Positions 10,312 through 21,506 of a stretch of 62,972 nt of DNA are shown one piece after another. The number at the start of each line of letters is the position of its first letter. Position 1 is the stretch's first letter. A program made the position numbers and the translations under genes. Under the pieces are notes generated by a model. That model did not search any database, was not told where the DNA came from, and saw only the letters and a list, made by a program, of their open reading frames with translations. Source of the stretch: Methylocapsa sp. (GTDB lineage Bacteria > Pseudomonadota > Alphaproteobacteria > Rhizobiales > Beijerinckiaceae); assembly GCA_043739325.1 (NCBI GenBank), contig JAYUFK010000270.1:1-62972 (forward strand), read 5' to 3'.

Positions 10312-11012
10312 GGCGGCGATCCCGTAGCGCGCAGCGGCTTCTTGCGCAGCGCCGCAATGATTTCGCCCATGACGGAAACCGCGATCTCAGCCGGACTGAC
10401 GGCGCCGATGTCAAGACCGATCGGCGCGTGAATGCGCGCTAGGGCCGCCTCGTCGAAGCCGGCGGCGCGCATGCGTTCAAGCCGGCTGGCATGTGTCTTC
10501 TTCGAGCCGAGCGCGCCGATATAAAAGCATTCCGCCCGCAACGCCTGCGTCAGCGCGGGATCGTCGATCTTGGGGTCGTGCGTCAACAGCGCAATCGCGG
10601 TGTAGCGATCGAGCGGCATCGTCGCCAAGGCTTCGTCGGGCCATTGCGCCACAACCCTAGTATCCGGAAACCGTTCCGGCGTGGCGAACGCGGTGCGCGG
10701 ATCCACGATCGCGACATCAAGCCCGGCAATCCGCGCGACCGGCGCCAGCGCTTGCGAAATATGCACCGCGCCGATCATAATGAGCCGCACCGGCGGGACC
10801 TGCACCGTGAGGAAATACTGCTTGCCCGCGCGCTCGACCATGCCGCTCTTGCCCGAGCGCAAGGCGGGCTCGAGCACATCGGCAAGCGGATCGGCGCTGA
10901 CGCCATTGCCTTTGACCAACCGCTGTTCGCCGCCTTCGATCGCGCTCACAAGGATGGCGGCGCGGCGCGCGCGGCGTTCTTCGTTCATGCCTTTGAGAAG
11001 GTCGAGCCTCAT
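10308..11012 (-). CDS. XdhC/CoxF family Moco chaperone, C-terminal part
   Basis: IGAVHISQAL, LTHDPKIDD, YIGALGS, IHAPIGLDIGA, PAEIAVS. Confidence 0.88.
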   Translation of the reverse strand: MRLDLLKGMNEERRARRAAILVSAIEGGEQRLVKGNGVSADPLADVLEPALRSGKSGMVERAGKQYFLTVQVPPVRLIMIGAVHISQALAPVARIAGLDVAIVDPRTAFATPERFPDTRVVAQWPDEALATMPLDRYTAIALLTHDPKIDDPALTQALRAECFYIGALGSKKTHASRLERMRAAGFDEAALARIHAPIGLDIGAVSPAEIAVSVMGEIIAALRKKPLRATGSPP

Positions 11013-11335
11013 CCCTCGAGCTTCTCGACGTAGACCTTGATGCGCCCGCCGCAGGACAATCCGACGCGCCAGGCGGTTTCGTCGGCGACGCCGAATTCGA
11101 GCATCTTGGGCGCGCCGTCGCCGATCACGTCAAGCGCCTCGGTGACAACCGCGCCTTCGACGCAGCCGCCCGACACCGAACCCAGAAAATGCCCGTCGCC
11201 GTCGATGACCAGATGCGAGCCGACGGGACGCGGCGCCGAGCCCCAAGTCTCCACGACAGTGGCGATAGCCACAGCACGGCCCTCGGCGCGCCACTGCTCG
11301 GCTGCGCCTAAAATGTCTTCGTCGGAACTCAACAT
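11009..11335 (-). CDS. XdhC/CoxI family protein, N-terminal domain
   Basis: TWGSAPRPVGS, GSVSGGCVE, GLSCGGRI. Confidence 0.88.
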   Translation of the reverse strand: MLSSDEDILGAAEQWRAEGRAVAIATVVETWGSAPRPVGSHLVIDGDGHFLGSVSGGCVEGAVVTEALDVIGDGAPKMLEFGVADETAWRVGLSCGGRIKVYVEKLEG

Positions 11336-11350
11336 CTCAAGACCCCCTTT

Positions 11351-11995
11351 TCAAGGCGCGACAAATCCCGCGGCCTTATGCGAACCGTCGCAATAGGGCT
11401 TGTGGCCGGAATGGCCGCAGCGGCAAAGCGCCGTCGTTTGGACCCGGTCGATCGTGCGCCCGGTTCCGGACAATATCTCGACACTGCCGCTAATTCCTAG
11501 CGGACCGTTGGGATAAGGCGTAACTGCCAGCGATCCGCCGCGTTGGGCGAGCGGTTCGCTTGGCTTAGTGGAGGGCTCGCCAGTCGCCTGAAAGCCGGCG
11601 GCGACATGCGAGCCATCGCAATAGGGCTTGCTCTTCGATTGGCCGCAACGGCACAAGGTCGCGCGCGTTCCGATCTCCTTGCCGGCCAGAGTAATCGTCG
11701 CGAGAATCGCCAGCGGGCCATTCTCGCGCACGGTGATCGCGTTGACCTTGGGCGGTTGCTCGTCGGCGCCGCCGTCATGGCGCGTCACCTGGATCGCGCC
11801 GGATGGGCAATTCATCGCGACGAACACCAGCTCTTCCGGGCTCGCGGCGTCCGGATCGATCCAGGATCCGACGACATTGGCCTTGAACACGCCGGGCTGC
11901 GAAATCACACAGCGGCGCGCGTGGATGCAGAGTTTGCTGTTGAAGCTGATCGTCGCGTTCTTGCCCCGAACCGTCTCGATGGCGCCGTCGCTCAT
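11351..11995 (-). CDS. CDGSH iron-sulfur domain protein (divergent ferredoxin plus two CDGSH domains)
   Basis: CIHARRC...CPSGAI and two LCRCGxSxxKPYCDGSH motifs; start taken at MSDGAIE. Confidence 0.88.
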   Translation of the reverse strand: MSDGAIETVRGKNATISFNSKLCIHARRCVISQPGVFKANVVGSWIDPDAASPEELVFVAMNCPSGAIQVTRHDGGADEQPPKVNAITVRENGPLAILATITLAGKEIGTRATLCRCGQSKSKPYCDGSHVAAGFQATGEPSTKPSEPLAQRGGSLAVTPYPNGPLGISGSVEILSGTGRTIDRVQTTALCRCGHSGHKPYCDGSHKAAGFVAP

Positions 11996-12068
11996 GCTTC
12001 TCCCCAATCGTGACCTCGCACCCTGCCCCGGAGATGGCGTCGTTCCACGCGTTGCGCAAGAGGCGTCG

Positions 12069-13298
12069 TTACGCCGCCCGCGCCAGCCAGAGCTTTGGAT
12101 CGGCGGAGGTGGAGGCCTCGCCCGATAGCGCGCGTACGAGATCAGCGATGCTGGCGAGATTGTGGATCGGACGGAATTCATCGACGAACGGCAGCATCGC
12201 GCGAATGCCGAGCGCCTTGGCCTGAAACGCGTCGAAGCGCAGCAGCGGATTGACCCAGATCAGCCGACGGCACGACTTGCGCAACCGCTCGACCTCGGCG
12301 CCAAGATGAGCGCCGCCGTCGCGCTCCAGCCCGTCGGTGAACAGGATGACGATGGCGCCCTGCCCGAGAACGCGGCGCGACCATTCGCGATTAAAGCGGT
12401 GCAAGGACGGCGCGATGCGCGTGCCGCCCGACCAGTCCTTCACTTGCGTCGAACAACTCGCCAGCGCCTCGTCGACGTCCCTCGCTTTCATCGCGCGCGT
12501 GACGTTGGTGAGCCGGGTGCCAAACAGGAATGTCGAGACACGCCGCCGTTCGCCCAGCGCATGCAGGAAGTGCAGGAAGATGCGCGTGTATTCGCTCATC
12601 GACCCCGAGATATCGCAGATGGCGACAATTGGCGGCGCGCGCAATGCCGGCGCGCGAAATTCGAGATCGATCATCCCGCCGCCGCGCAGCGAGCGGCGAA
12701 ACGAGCGGCGCGGATCGATGCGGGCGCCGCGCGCATCGGCGATTTGGCGGCGCGTGCGCTTCTTGTCGTCGGCCATCGCCAGACGCGATATCAATTCGCG
12801 CGCGCGGGCGATTTCGGCGGAGCTCATCTGCGCGAAATCCTTGGTCTGCAGGATCTCGCTGCTGGAAACCGTAAAGCGCGCGTCAAGATCGAGCGAAGGC
12901 GCGGCCTTCTCGTCGTTGCGTGTATCCTTGAAGAAGGCGTCGGCGACGCGGCTGGCGCCCGCTTCCGCCTTCTGGCTCTTCTGCTTCTTGGGATCGGCGC
13001 GCGGCGACATCATCGCGATCAGTTTTTCGAGAAATCCCTTACGCTTCCAGAAGATGCGGAACGCCTGATCGAACAGGATCGAATGCTCGCGCTTCTTGAC
13101 GAGCACGGCATGCAGCGTCGCGTAAAAATCCTCGCGATCGCCGATCCCGGCGGCCTCCACAGCGGCGAGCGCGTCGAGAACGCTGCCCGGGCCAACCGGC
13201 AGCCCGGCGTCGCGCAAGGCTCTGGCGAAATACAGGATGTTTTGCGCTAGCTGACCGCCGCCTGGATCGGCCTGTTCGATGTCGTCTTGAACCTGCAT
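12069..13298 (-). CDS. coxE: CoxE-like VWA domain protein
   Basis: CDISGSMSEY MIDAS, FGTRLT, WSGGTRI, TDGLER, WVNPL. Confidence 0.88.
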   Translation of the reverse strand: MQVQDDIEQADPGGGQLAQNILYFARALRDAGLPVGPGSVLDALAAVEAAGIGDREDFYATLHAVLVKKREHSILFDQAFRIFWKRKGFLEKLIAMMSPRADPKKQKSQKAEAGASRVADAFFKDTRNDEKAAPSLDLDARFTVSSSEILQTKDFAQMSSAEIARARELISRLAMADDKKRTRRQIADARGARIDPRRSFRRSLRGGGMIDLEFRAPALRAPPIVAICDISGSMSEYTRIFLHFLHALGERRRVSTFLFGTRLTNVTRAMKARDVDEALASCSTQVKDWSGGTRIAPSLHRFNREWSRRVLGQGAIVILFTDGLERDGGAHLGAEVERLRKSCRRLIWVNPLLRFDAFQAKALGIRAMLPFVDEFRPIHNLASIADLVRALSGEASTSADPKLWLARAA

Positions 13299-13394
13299 CC
13301 ACCAACCTCGTCCGGCAAACGCGTCGCCGCAAAGCAAGTGTAGTCCGGCGCCTGGCAAACAAAAAGGAGAACTTGGCTCTATGCGCCGCTCGCT

Positions 13395-14783
13395 TCAAAG
13401 CCCTGGCCGCGTCATCTTCTCCGGTCGCACGAGTTCATCGAACCTGGTCGTATCGATATAGCCGGACGCCAGGGCCGCTTCGCGCAGCGTCGTCCCATTG
13501 GCCTCCGCGCGGCGGGCGATCGTCGCGGCTTTTTCGTAGCCGATCTCGGGCGCCAGCGCCGTCACCAGCATCAAGGAGCGCTCGACCAACTCGGCAATCC
13601 GCTTTTCGTTCGCGACAATCCCGGCAACGCAGCGGTCAGTGAAGCTGTCGATCGCCGCGCTCAACAGATCGAGCGACTGCAGCACGGCTTCGGCGATGAC
13701 CGGCTTGAAGACATTGAGCTCAAGGTGCCCCTGACTGTTGGCGAACATGACCGCGGAATGATTGCCGAACACGCGGGCGCAGACCATCGTCAGCGCCTCG
13801 ATCTGCGTCGGGTTGACCTTGCCCGGCATGATCGACGACCCCGGTTCGTTTGCGGGGAGGGAAATTTCGCCAAGGCCCGAGCGGGGCCCTGAAGACAACA
13901 GGCGCAGGTCCGATCCAATCTTGAACAACGCCGTCGCCAGATTGGCGAGCGCGGCATGCAGGAACGCCAAGGCATCGTGTCCCGCCAAAGCCTCGAACTT
14001 GTTGGCCGCGGAAGTGAATGGCAAGCCGGTCATCGCCGCAATTTCCTGCGCAAAAAGCCCGGGAAAATCGGGGTGGGCGTTGAGGCCGGTGCCGACTGCC
14101 GTGCCGCCCTGGGCGAGCGCATATGCGCCCGACAGCGCCGCCTCGATGCGGTCGGCGCCCAGACGCGTCTGCGCGGCATAACCGGAAAATTCGTCGCCCA
14201 GTGTAAGCGGCGTCGCGTCTTGCAAGTGCGTCCGGCCGATTTTGACGATAGGCGCGAAAGCGACAGCCTTGCGCTCGAGCGCCGCTTGCAGACGCCGCAG
14301 CGTTGGCAGCAGCCGAGAAGTCGTCGCCGTCACCGCCGCGATGTTCATCGCGGTTGGAAAGCTATCGTTGGAGGATTGCCCGAGGTTGACGTGATCGTTG
14401 GGATGAACGGGCTTGTAGGTTCCGCGCCGGCCGCCCAGCGCCTCGTTGGCGAGATTGGCGATAACCTCGTTGACGTTCATGTTGGACTGCGTGCCCGACC
14501 CGGTCTGATAGACGACGAGCGGAAATTCGATATCGTATTTCCCCGCAGCCACTTGCTTGGCGGCCGCGGCGATAGCATCCGCCATTTCCGGCGCGAGGAG
14601 GGCAAGCCGCTTGTTGACCCTCGCCGCCGCTTGCTTGACCAGCGCCAGCGCGTGGACAATCACGACCGGCATGGGCGGGCCAATGCGAAAATTCTCCAAG
14701 GAGCGTTGCGTCTGGGCGCCCCAATAGCGATCGACCGGCACATCGACCGCGCCGAGGCTGTCATGTTCGCGGCGTAGGGTCAT
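13395..14783 (-). CDS. fumC: class II fumarate hydratase
   Basis: [48 protein letters not shown]. Confidence 0.93.
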   Translation of the reverse strand: MTLRREHDSLGAVDVPVDRYWGAQTQRSLENFRIGPPMPVVIVHALALVKQAAARVNKRLALLAPEMADAIAAAAKQVAAGKYDIEFPLVVYQTGSGTQSNMNVNEVIANLANEALGGRRGTYKPVHPNDHVNLGQSSNDSFPTAMNIAAVTATTSRLLPTLRRLQAALERKAVAFAPIVKIGRTHLQDATPLTLGDEFSGYAAQTRLGADRIEAALSGAYALAQGGTAVGTGLNAHPDFPGLFAQEIAAMTGLPFTSAANKFEALAGHDALAFLHAALANLATALFKIGSDLRLLSSGPRSGLGEISLPANEPGSSIMPGKVNPTQIEALTMVCARVFGNHSAVMFANSQGHLELNVFKPVIAEAVLQSLDLLSAAIDSFTDRCVAGIVANEKRIAELVERSLMLVTALAPEIGYEKAATIARRAEANGTTLREAALASGYIDTTRFDELVRPEKMTRPGL

Positions 14784-14867
14784 TTTGTCCGTTCCCGACC
14801 GATGGGCCGATGACTTGTCCGAGCCCTTCGGGATTCCAGGCTCGCCGCCTTGCAGCGATATCGCCGC

Positions 14868-15731
14868 TCAGTGATGATGCATGCGAAGCGTGTCGGGAAT
14901 AGCGGCGCTGTTCAGGCCGCCGGCCTCGATCCAGCCGCGCGTCGCCGCGCCAGCGCGCGCGATCAATTCCCCGCCGCAGGAATAATCATACGCCGAGATC
15001 CCGAGCGGACAAAGCGTCGGCGCGATGCGAATTTCGGCTATTGAGGCGAAACGTTCGATGTCGTTGACCAATTGGCGCGAAACAAGCAGGCCGATCGCGT
15101 GGATCGCCTGGGCCGCCGCGCCGCGAGGCGGATTCTTGAGCGCGCAGGCGAAGCCCGTCGGCAAGACCAGAATGCGTGTCGCACCAAGCTTGATGGCGGC
15201 GGAAATCGGCGCGTTGTTGCTGACGCCCCCGTCGACCAGGAGACGATTCTGAAAGTGAACCGGCGGGAAAACGCCGGGTATGGCAGCGCTCGCCAGCACC
15301 GCCTCGACGACGGGACCGCTGGACATCACAACTTCGTCGCCGGTCAGGCAATCGGTCGCAACAAGATGCAACGGCAGTTGCGCGCTGGCGATGTCGCCGT
15401 AGCGGATATTCGCCTCGAGCAGGCGACGCAACGCCTGTCCGTCGAACACGAACGGGCGCCGCATGGCGATATTGGCGAGGCAGCCGAATTTGTACGGCAT
15501 AATGTGGCGTCGCCGGACGCCTCGCCAAAGGTCGAGCAACCGACGCGCTCCGGCGACGCTTGGGTCCGCCGCGAAATAGGCGCCGTTGGTCGCCCCCGCC
15601 GAAGCGCCCACGACCATATCGAAACGCTCGCCTGCCGACACGACCGCGTCGAGCATTCCCGCTTGCGCGGCGCCCAAGCTGCCGCCTCCGGCCAGCACCA
15701 GCGCATAATTTGCCTGAGTCATGGCGTTCAC
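14868..15731 (-). CDS. patatin-like phospholipase
   Basis: GGGSLG, GASAG nucleophile elbow, DGG motif. Confidence 0.88.
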   Translation of the reverse strand: MNAMTQANYALVLAGGGSLGAAQAGMLDAVVSAGERFDMVVGASAGATNGAYFAADPSVAGARRLLDLWRGVRRRHIMPYKFGCLANIAMRRPFVFDGQALRRLLEANIRYGDIASAQLPLHLVATDCLTGDEVVMSSGPVVEAVLASAAIPGVFPPVHFQNRLLVDGGVSNNAPISAAIKLGATRILVLPTGFACALKNPPRGAAAQAIHAIGLLVSRQLVNDIERFASIAEIRIAPTLCPLGISAYDYSCGGELIARAGAATRGWIEAGGLNSAAIPDTLRMHHH

Positions 15732-15857
15732 ATCGCCTCCCTGCCAAGACTGTCGTCAGGGAAGCGGCAATGTTACATGGCCAAGCAACGCCACGCGGTT
15801 GAGGCGGGGCGCATTATTCAGGCCGGACGCGACTTCCGGGGCGAAGCCGAACCCCGC

Positions 15858-16370
15858 TTACGGACAAGGATGGCGGTAACCGTCATAGCCGACGTAAGTG
15901 CCGCTGCTCGGATCGTACGAGCGATAGCGGCGGGAGCAATAATCCTCGTCGGCGGCGGGCGAATCTTCGCCCTGAACCGGATACGCCTGGACGGGATATT
16001 CCTCGACCGGATATTCCTCGACCGGGGCGCTGTAATATCCTTGCTGCGCGGCCAAAGCCCCGCCAACCAGCGCGCCAGCGACAAGCCCCGCGCCAATTCC
16101 GGCGTCCCTGTAGCGCCAGCGATCGCCGTCATGCCTACCGGCATATTGCCCGTCGCCGAAACCGCCGCCCGGCCCCTGAGCCGGCGCGGCCGGGCGAACA
16201 TTTGGAGCCGGCGGCGGGCGAAGACCTGGAGCCGGCGCCGGTGGTCTCGCGCCATGATGCTGCAACCACCAAAGGTCGGAGCCAGATTGCACGTTCTGCG
16301 CCCAAGCGCCGCCTTGCGAAAAGTACACGGCGCCAGCCAGAGCCACGGCGCTAATCAGTCCTGTACGCAT
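15858..16370 (-). CDS. BA14K family secreted protein
   Basis: Signal peptide, Pro/Gly-rich linker, C-terminal YCSRRYRSYDPSSGTYVGYDGYRHPCP. Confidence 0.85.
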   Translation of the reverse strand: MRTGLISAVALAGAVYFSQGGAWAQNVQSGSDLWWLQHHGARPPAPAPGLRPPPAPNVRPAAPAQGPGGGFGDGQYAGRHDGDRWRYRDAGIGAGLVAGALVGGALAAQQGYYSAPVEEYPVEEYPVQAYPVQGEDSPAADEDYCSRRYRSYDPSSGTYVGYDGYRHPCP

Positions 16371-16586
16371 GAGACTCTCCAATCAAAACCGACGCGAAGC
16401 GCCATCCCTATCCGCTCGCAACAACTTCTTGAGGAGCGACGTCCTGGACGAAAACTTCAAGCGCAATACGTTAGTACCAACGCGACTTTGCTTAATCGCG
16501 TCCTATGACGCATCCCATCAATTTCTTTAAGATTTAAAGCGCCAATAAGGCGCAATCGCGGCGCTAAAATCGCGAGGCGAGCAGTA

Positions 16587-17534
16587 TTATCGCGCCTGGG
16601 CCAGTTTCACTTCGGCGCGCGCCTGCTCGATCAGCTCATTGGCTTTCGCGCCCTGCACCTTCTGAATGTCGTCCTGGTATTTCAGCAGGACGCCCAGCGT
16701 GTCGTTGACCTGCGCCGGGTCGAGGGCCACCGCGTCGAGCTCCGTCAAAGCGCTCGCCCAATCGAGCGTTTCGGCGACGCCGGGCGACTTGAACAGGTCT
16801 TGCTTGCGGATCGCCTGGACGAAGGCGACGAGTTCCTGCGTCAGGCGGGCGGGCGCCTCGGGGGCCTTGGCGCGTACAATCGCGTTTTCGCGGTCCACGT
16901 CGGGATAGCCGACCCAATGATAAAGGCAACGCCGCTTCAGCGCGTCGTGAATTTCGCGCGTGCGGTTCGAGGTGATGACGACGATCGGCGGGTGTTGCGC
17001 CCTGATCACGCCAAGCTCCGGGATCGTCACCTGGAAGTCGGAGAGGATCTCGAGCAGAAACGCTTCGAACGCCTCGTCGGCGCGGTCGATTTCGTCGATC
17101 AGCAGGACCGGCGCGCCGCCATCGTTCGGCTCGAGCGCCTGCAACAGCGGGCGCTTGATGAGGTAGCGCTCGGAGAAAATGTCGTGCTCGATGCGATCCT
17201 TGTCGTGCTCGCCCGCCGCCTCGGCGAGGCGGATCGCCATCATCTGGGCCGGATAGTTCCACTCGTAAACCGCGGTCGCGACATCGAGGCCCTCGTAGCA
17301 TTGCAGGCGAATGAGCTTGCGGCCGAGAGTCGACGCGAGAACCTTGGCGATTTCGGTCTTGCCGACGCCGGCTTCGCCCTCGAGGAAGAGTGGCCGGCCA
17401 AGGCGCAGGCTGAGGAACAGCACGGTCGCCAGCGAGCGCTCGCCGACGTAATTGGCGCGGGCGAGCAGCGCGAGCGTTTCATCGATCGATGCGGGAAGTG
17501 CGAGGGACTGCGTTTGATTGTGCAAATTGACCAT
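16587..17534 (-). CDS. coxD: CoxD-like MoxR AAA+ ATPase
   Basis: LEGEAGVGKT, RLQCYEG, LIDEIDRAD, TSNRTRE, LKRRCLY; the upstream ORF-track extension runs through a repeat, so start moved to 17534. Confidence 0.9.
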   Translation of the reverse strand: MVNLHNQTQSLALPASIDETLALLARANYVGERSLATVLFLSLRLGRPLFLEGEAGVGKTEIAKVLASTLGRKLIRLQCYEGLDVATAVYEWNYPAQMMAIRLAEAAGEHDKDRIEHDIFSERYLIKRPLLQALEPNDGGAPVLLIDEIDRADEAFEAFLLEILSDFQVTIPELGVIRAQHPPIVVITSNRTREIHDALKRRCLYHWVGYPDVDRENAIVRAKAPEAPARLTQELVAFVQAIRKQDLFKSPGVAETLDWASALTELDAVALDPAQVNDTLGVLLKYQDDIQKVQGAKANELIEQARAEVKLAQAR

Positions 17535-17557
17535 GTCCCCGCTGATGTGCTGCTTGC

Positions 17558-17667
17558 CGTCATGGCCGGGCTTGTCCCGGCAATCCACGCTGTCAGACTG
17601 GGCGAAACCCTGGTCGATTACAAGCTGAGCGAAAGACGTCGTGGCCGGGACGAGCTCGGCCATGACG
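17558..17667. repeat. rhizobial REP/RIME-like palindromic element
   Basis: CGTCATGGCCGGGCTTGTCCCGGCAATCCAC at one end and GTGGCCGGGACGAGCTCGGCCATGACG at the other form an imperfect long inverted repeat. Confidence 0.75.
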
Positions 17668-17684
17668 TTTCGATCATTTTAGAT

Positions 17685-18479
17685 TCAGCCTGCCGCCGCG
17701 ACAGCGCGCTTCGCCATCACGACAATCAGATGCGCGCGATAGGCGGCATCGGCATGCATGTCGGCGTTCAACCCGTCGGCGGGAATGCTGGCGTTCGCCA
17801 GAGCCGCGGCCGAGAAGTTGGCGTCGAGCGCCGTCTCAAGCGCCTTGGCGCGGAATACGCCGCTCGAACCCGCGCCCGTCACCGCGACGCGCACGCCTTG
17901 CGCGGTCTTGGCGACAAACACGCCGACGATCGCATAACGCGACGCCGGGTTCGGGAATTTTGCGTAGGCCGCCTTCTGCGGGATCGGGAAGCTGACTTCC
18001 GTGATGATCTCGCCCGCTTCAAGCGAAGTTTCGAACAAGCCGTGAAAGAAGTTTTCGGCCGCGATCTTGCGCTTGTTGGTGAGCACCGTCGCGCCAAGCG
18101 CGAGGACTGCCGCGGGATAGTCGGCGGCTGGGTCGTTGTTGGCGAGCGAGCCGCCGATGGTGCCGCGATTGCGCACCTGCGGATCGCCGATGCCGCCGGC
18201 CAGCGAGGCCAGCGCCGGAATGGCCTTCTTCACTTCGGCGCTTGTCGCGACGTCGGCATGCCTGGTCATCGCGCCGATGACGATCGCGTCACCTTCGCGG
18301 CGAATGCCGGTCAGACCGGCGACATGGGCGAGATCGACGATCGCGGCCGGGGATGCCAGCCGCTGTTTCATCGTCGGCAGCAGCGTCTGGCCGCCGGCGA
18401 GCAGTTTGGCGTCCTCATGCGCAAGCTCGGCGGCGGCGGCTGAAACGCTGTTGGGGCTGACATAGTTGAATGCGTACAT
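17685..18479 (-). CDS. coxM: FAD-binding medium subunit of a CO-dehydrogenase-like/xanthine oxidase family enzyme
   Basis: [25 protein letters not shown]. Confidence 0.9.
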   Translation of the reverse strand: MYAFNYVSPNSVSAAAAELAHEDAKLLAGGQTLLPTMKQRLASPAAIVDLAHVAGLTGIRREGDAIVIGAMTRHADVATSAEVKKAIPALASLAGGIGDPQVRNRGTIGGSLANNDPAADYPAAVLALGATVLTNKRKIAAENFFHGLFETSLEAGEIITEVSFPIPQKAAYAKFPNPASRYAIVGVFVAKTAQGVRVAVTGAGSSGVFRAKALETALDANFSAAALANASIPADGLNADMHADAAYRAHLIVVMAKRAVAAAG

Positions 18480-18543
18480 GGCGATTCTCCCAAAATTACT
18501 GTCCAGCGGCGCCTCGCCCGAAGCGAGGTGCAATCGCTTCGTT

Positions 18544-20910
18544 TCATTCCGCGGCGCGTTTAACCCTGGCCTGCTGGGCGGCGCGCCAGACGACTTGCGG
18601 CGTCGCCGGCATCGTCACGTTTTCGTGCCCGACCGCGTCGGTGATCGCATTGATGACCGCTGGCGGAGCGGCAATCGCGCCCGCTTCGCCGCAGCCTTTG
18701 ATCCCCAACGGATTGGACGGACACCAAGTCTCGATGGTCTCAACATGAAACGACGGCAGATCGTTGGCGCGCGGCATGCAATAATCCATGAAGCTTGCCG
18801 TCAGCAACTGTCCATCCTTGTTGTAGATCGCTCCCTCGAGCATCGCCTGGCCGACGCCCTGGGCGATACCGCCGTGCACCTGGCCTTCGACGATCATCGG
18901 ATTGATCAGCGCGCCGAAATCGTCGACCGCCGTCCACTTCTCGATCGTGGTGATGCCAGTTTCGGGATCGATCTCGACTTCGCAGATGTGCACGCCTGCC
19001 GGGAAGGTGAAGTTCGTGGGATCCCAGAAAGCGCTCTCTTTCAGACCGGGTTCAAGCTCCTGTCCATTGAACTTGTGCGCGATGTAAGCCTGCAAGGCGA
19101 CGCCGCCAAAATCGATCGACTTGTCGGTGCCCTTGACCGTGAACTTGCCATCCTTGAACTCGATGTCGCCTTCGGCGGCTTCGAGCACATGGCCTGCAAC
19201 CTTTTTCGCCTTGGCCTCGATCTTGTCGAGCGCCTTGGAGATCGCCGACATGCCGACAGCGCCTGAGCGCGAGCCGTAGGTGCCCATGCCCATCTGCACC
19301 TTGTCGGTATCGCCGTGGACGATCGACACGTTGTCGATCGGAATGCCCAGGCGATGCGAGACCAATTGCGCGAAGGTCGTCTCGTGGCCCTGCCCGTGAC
19401 TGTGCGAACCGGTGAGGATCTCGACGGTGCCGATCGGGTTGACCCGCACTTCCGCCGATTCCCAGAGGCCGACGCCGGCGCCGAGCGAGCCGACCGCCGC
19501 CGACGGCGCAATGCCACACGCTTCGATATAGGCGGAGATGCCGATGCCACGCAGCTTGCCCTTGGCGGCCGAGGCCGCCTTGCGTGCGCCGACGCCCTTG
19601 TAGTCCGACAAGGCCAGCGCCTTGTCGAGCGCGCCAGCGTAATTGCCAGCATCATAGGCGAGGATCACCGGCGTCTGGTGCGGGAACGTCGTCACGAAGT
19701 TCTTGCGGCGGAACTCAGCCGGGTCCATGCCAAGCTCGCGCGCCGCGACTTCGACGATGCGCTCGACAAGGAATGTCGCTTCCGGCCGGCCAGCGCCGCG
19801 ATAGGCGTCAACCGGCGCGGTGTTTGTATAGACCGCGTCGACTTCAGCGTAGATGTTGGCGATGTTGTATTGGCCCGACAGCAGCAGCGCATAGAGGTAA
19901 GTCGGCACCGCCGACGCGAAGGTCGAGAGGTACGCGCCCAGGTTGGCGATCGTATGCGCGCGTAAAGCGGTGATCTTGCCCGACGCATCGATTGCGATCT
20001 CCGCATGCGTCGCGTGATCGCGCCCATGGGCATCGGAGAGGAAGGACTCAGTGCGATCGGCGGTCCACTTCACGGCGCGATTGATCTTGCGCGCGGCCCA
20101 GACGCAGACGGTTTCCTCCGCGTAGATGAAGATTTTCGAACCGAAACCGCCGCCAACATCGGGGGCGATAACACGCAACTTATGCTCGGGCGCAATGCCG
20201 ATGAAAGCGGAAAGCACGAGACGCGCGACATGCGGGTTCTGGCTGGTCGTGAACAGCGTCAGGCAATCCGTGCCGGAATCGTATTCGCCAACCGCGGCGC
20301 GCGGTTCCATCGCGTTAGGGATCAGGCGATTGTTGACGAGATCGAGCTTGGTGATGTGCTTGGCCGCGGCGAAAGCGGCGTCGGTCGCGCTCTTGTCGCC
20401 GAGGTGCCAGTTGTAAACCGTATTATTCGCCGAGATTTCGTGAACCTGCCCAGCGCCGGGCTTCGTCGTCTCGTGAAGATCGATCGCGGCAGGCAGAACG
20501 GTATAGTCGACGACGATCGTCTCGGCCGCTTCGCGAGCCTGCGCATAAGTGTCGGCAATGACGACGGCGACGTGATCGCCGACATAGCGCACCTTGCCTT
20601 GCGCCAACGCGGGATGCGGGCCGGCCTTCATCGGCGAGCCGTCCTTGGAATGGATCATCCAGCCGCAAATCAGGCCGCCGATCTTGTCCGCGGCAATGTC
20701 ATCGCCGGTATAAACCGCGACGACGCCTGGAGATTTCAGCGCGGCGGAAGCGTCGATCTTGTTGATCGTCGCATGCGCGTGCGGCGAGCGCAGGAAATGC
20801 GCGTAGGCCTGGCCTGGGCGATTGACGTCGTCGACGTAACGGCCCTTGCCGGTAATGAAGCGGTAATCTTCCTTGCGCTTGACGGAGACGCCAATGCCAG
20901 TCGCACTCAT
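18544..20910 (-). CDS. coxL: molybdopterin large subunit, form II CoxL-like
   Basis: DVGGGFGSK, active-site loop AYRGAGR (form II; form I is AYxCSFR), [16 protein letters not shown]. Confidence 0.92.
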   Translation of the reverse strand: MSATGIGVSVKRKEDYRFITGKGRYVDDVNRPGQAYAHFLRSPHAHATINKIDASAALKSPGVVAVYTGDDIAADKIGGLICGWMIHSKDGSPMKAGPHPALAQGKVRYVGDHVAVVIADTYAQAREAAETIVVDYTVLPAAIDLHETTKPGAGQVHEISANNTVYNWHLGDKSATDAAFAAAKHITKLDLVNNRLIPNAMEPRAAVGEYDSGTDCLTLFTTSQNPHVARLVLSAFIGIAPEHKLRVIAPDVGGGFGSKIFIYAEETVCVWAARKINRAVKWTADRTESFLSDAHGRDHATHAEIAIDASGKITALRAHTIANLGAYLSTFASAVPTYLYALLLSGQYNIANIYAEVDAVYTNTAPVDAYRGAGRPEATFLVERIVEVAARELGMDPAEFRRKNFVTTFPHQTPVILAYDAGNYAGALDKALALSDYKGVGARKAASAAKGKLRGIGISAYIEACGIAPSAAVGSLGAGVGLWESAEVRVNPIGTVEILTGSHSHGQGHETTFAQLVSHRLGIPIDNVSIVHGDTDKVQMGMGTYGSRSGAVGMSAISKALDKIEAKAKKVAGHVLEAAEGDIEFKDGKFTVKGTDKSIDFGGVALQAYIAHKFNGQELEPGLKESAFWDPTNFTFPAGVHICEVEIDPETGITTIEKWTAVDDFGALINPMIVEGQVHGGIAQGVGQAMLEGAIYNKDGQLLTASFMDYCMPRANDLPSFHVETIETWCPSNPLGIKGCGEAGAIAAPPAVINAITDAVGHENVTMPATPQVVWRAAQQARVKRAAE

Positions 20911-21014
20911 TATTCTCTCCCTTTGGCCGAAGCGCCGGTCGTTGCGCGACCGGCTGATCGTCTAATCCTTGGTCCGCATCGGTGGAGGCGGGCCATAATT
21001 GTTGACTGAAACGA

Positions 21015-21506
21015 TTATTCCGCGGCCTTGGGGGCAGCCGCCGCCATCTCGCGAGCGCCTTGGGCGATCGATTTGACGATGTTGTGATAACCAGTGCAGC
21101 GACAGATATTGCCTTCGAGCTCGTCCCGGATCGTGTGCTCGTCGAGCTGATGACCCAGGCGGTTGACGATGTCGATTGACGACATGATCATACCCGGCGT
21201 GCAGAAGCCGCATTGCAGGCCGTGATTGTCCTGGAAAGCCTGTTGCATCGGATGAAGCTTGGCGCCCTGCGCAATGCCCTCGATCGTCGTCACATGCGAG
21301 CCGTTGCACGATACCGCCAAAGTCGTGCAGGATTTTATCGCCCGGCCATCGACATGCACGACGCACGCGCCGCACTGCGAGGTATCGCAGCCGACATGCG
21401 TCCCGGTGAGGCGCAGATTTTCGCGGATAAACTGGACGAGAAGCGTGCGCGGATCGACTTCGGCCGCGACGGCTTTGCCGTTCACGGTCATGGAAACATG
21501 AACCAT
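21015..21506 (-). CDS. coxS: 2Fe-2S small subunit
   Basis: [24 protein letters not shown]. Confidence 0.93.
   Translation of the reverse strand: MVHVSMTVNGKAVAAEVDPRTLLVQFIRENLRLTGTHVGCDTSQCGACVVHVDGRAIKSCTTLAVSCNGSHVTTIEGIAQGAKLHPMQQAFQDNHGLQCGFCTPGMIMSSIDIVNRLGHQLDEHTIRDELEGNICRCTGYHNIVKSIAQGAREMAAAAPKAAE

Noticed and set aside
16800-18443. Long antisense ORFs (for example 547 aa here, also 15072..16508, 37768..39195 and 42768..44150)
   Set aside because: They are shadows of well-supported genes in GC-rich DNA and carry no protein motifs.
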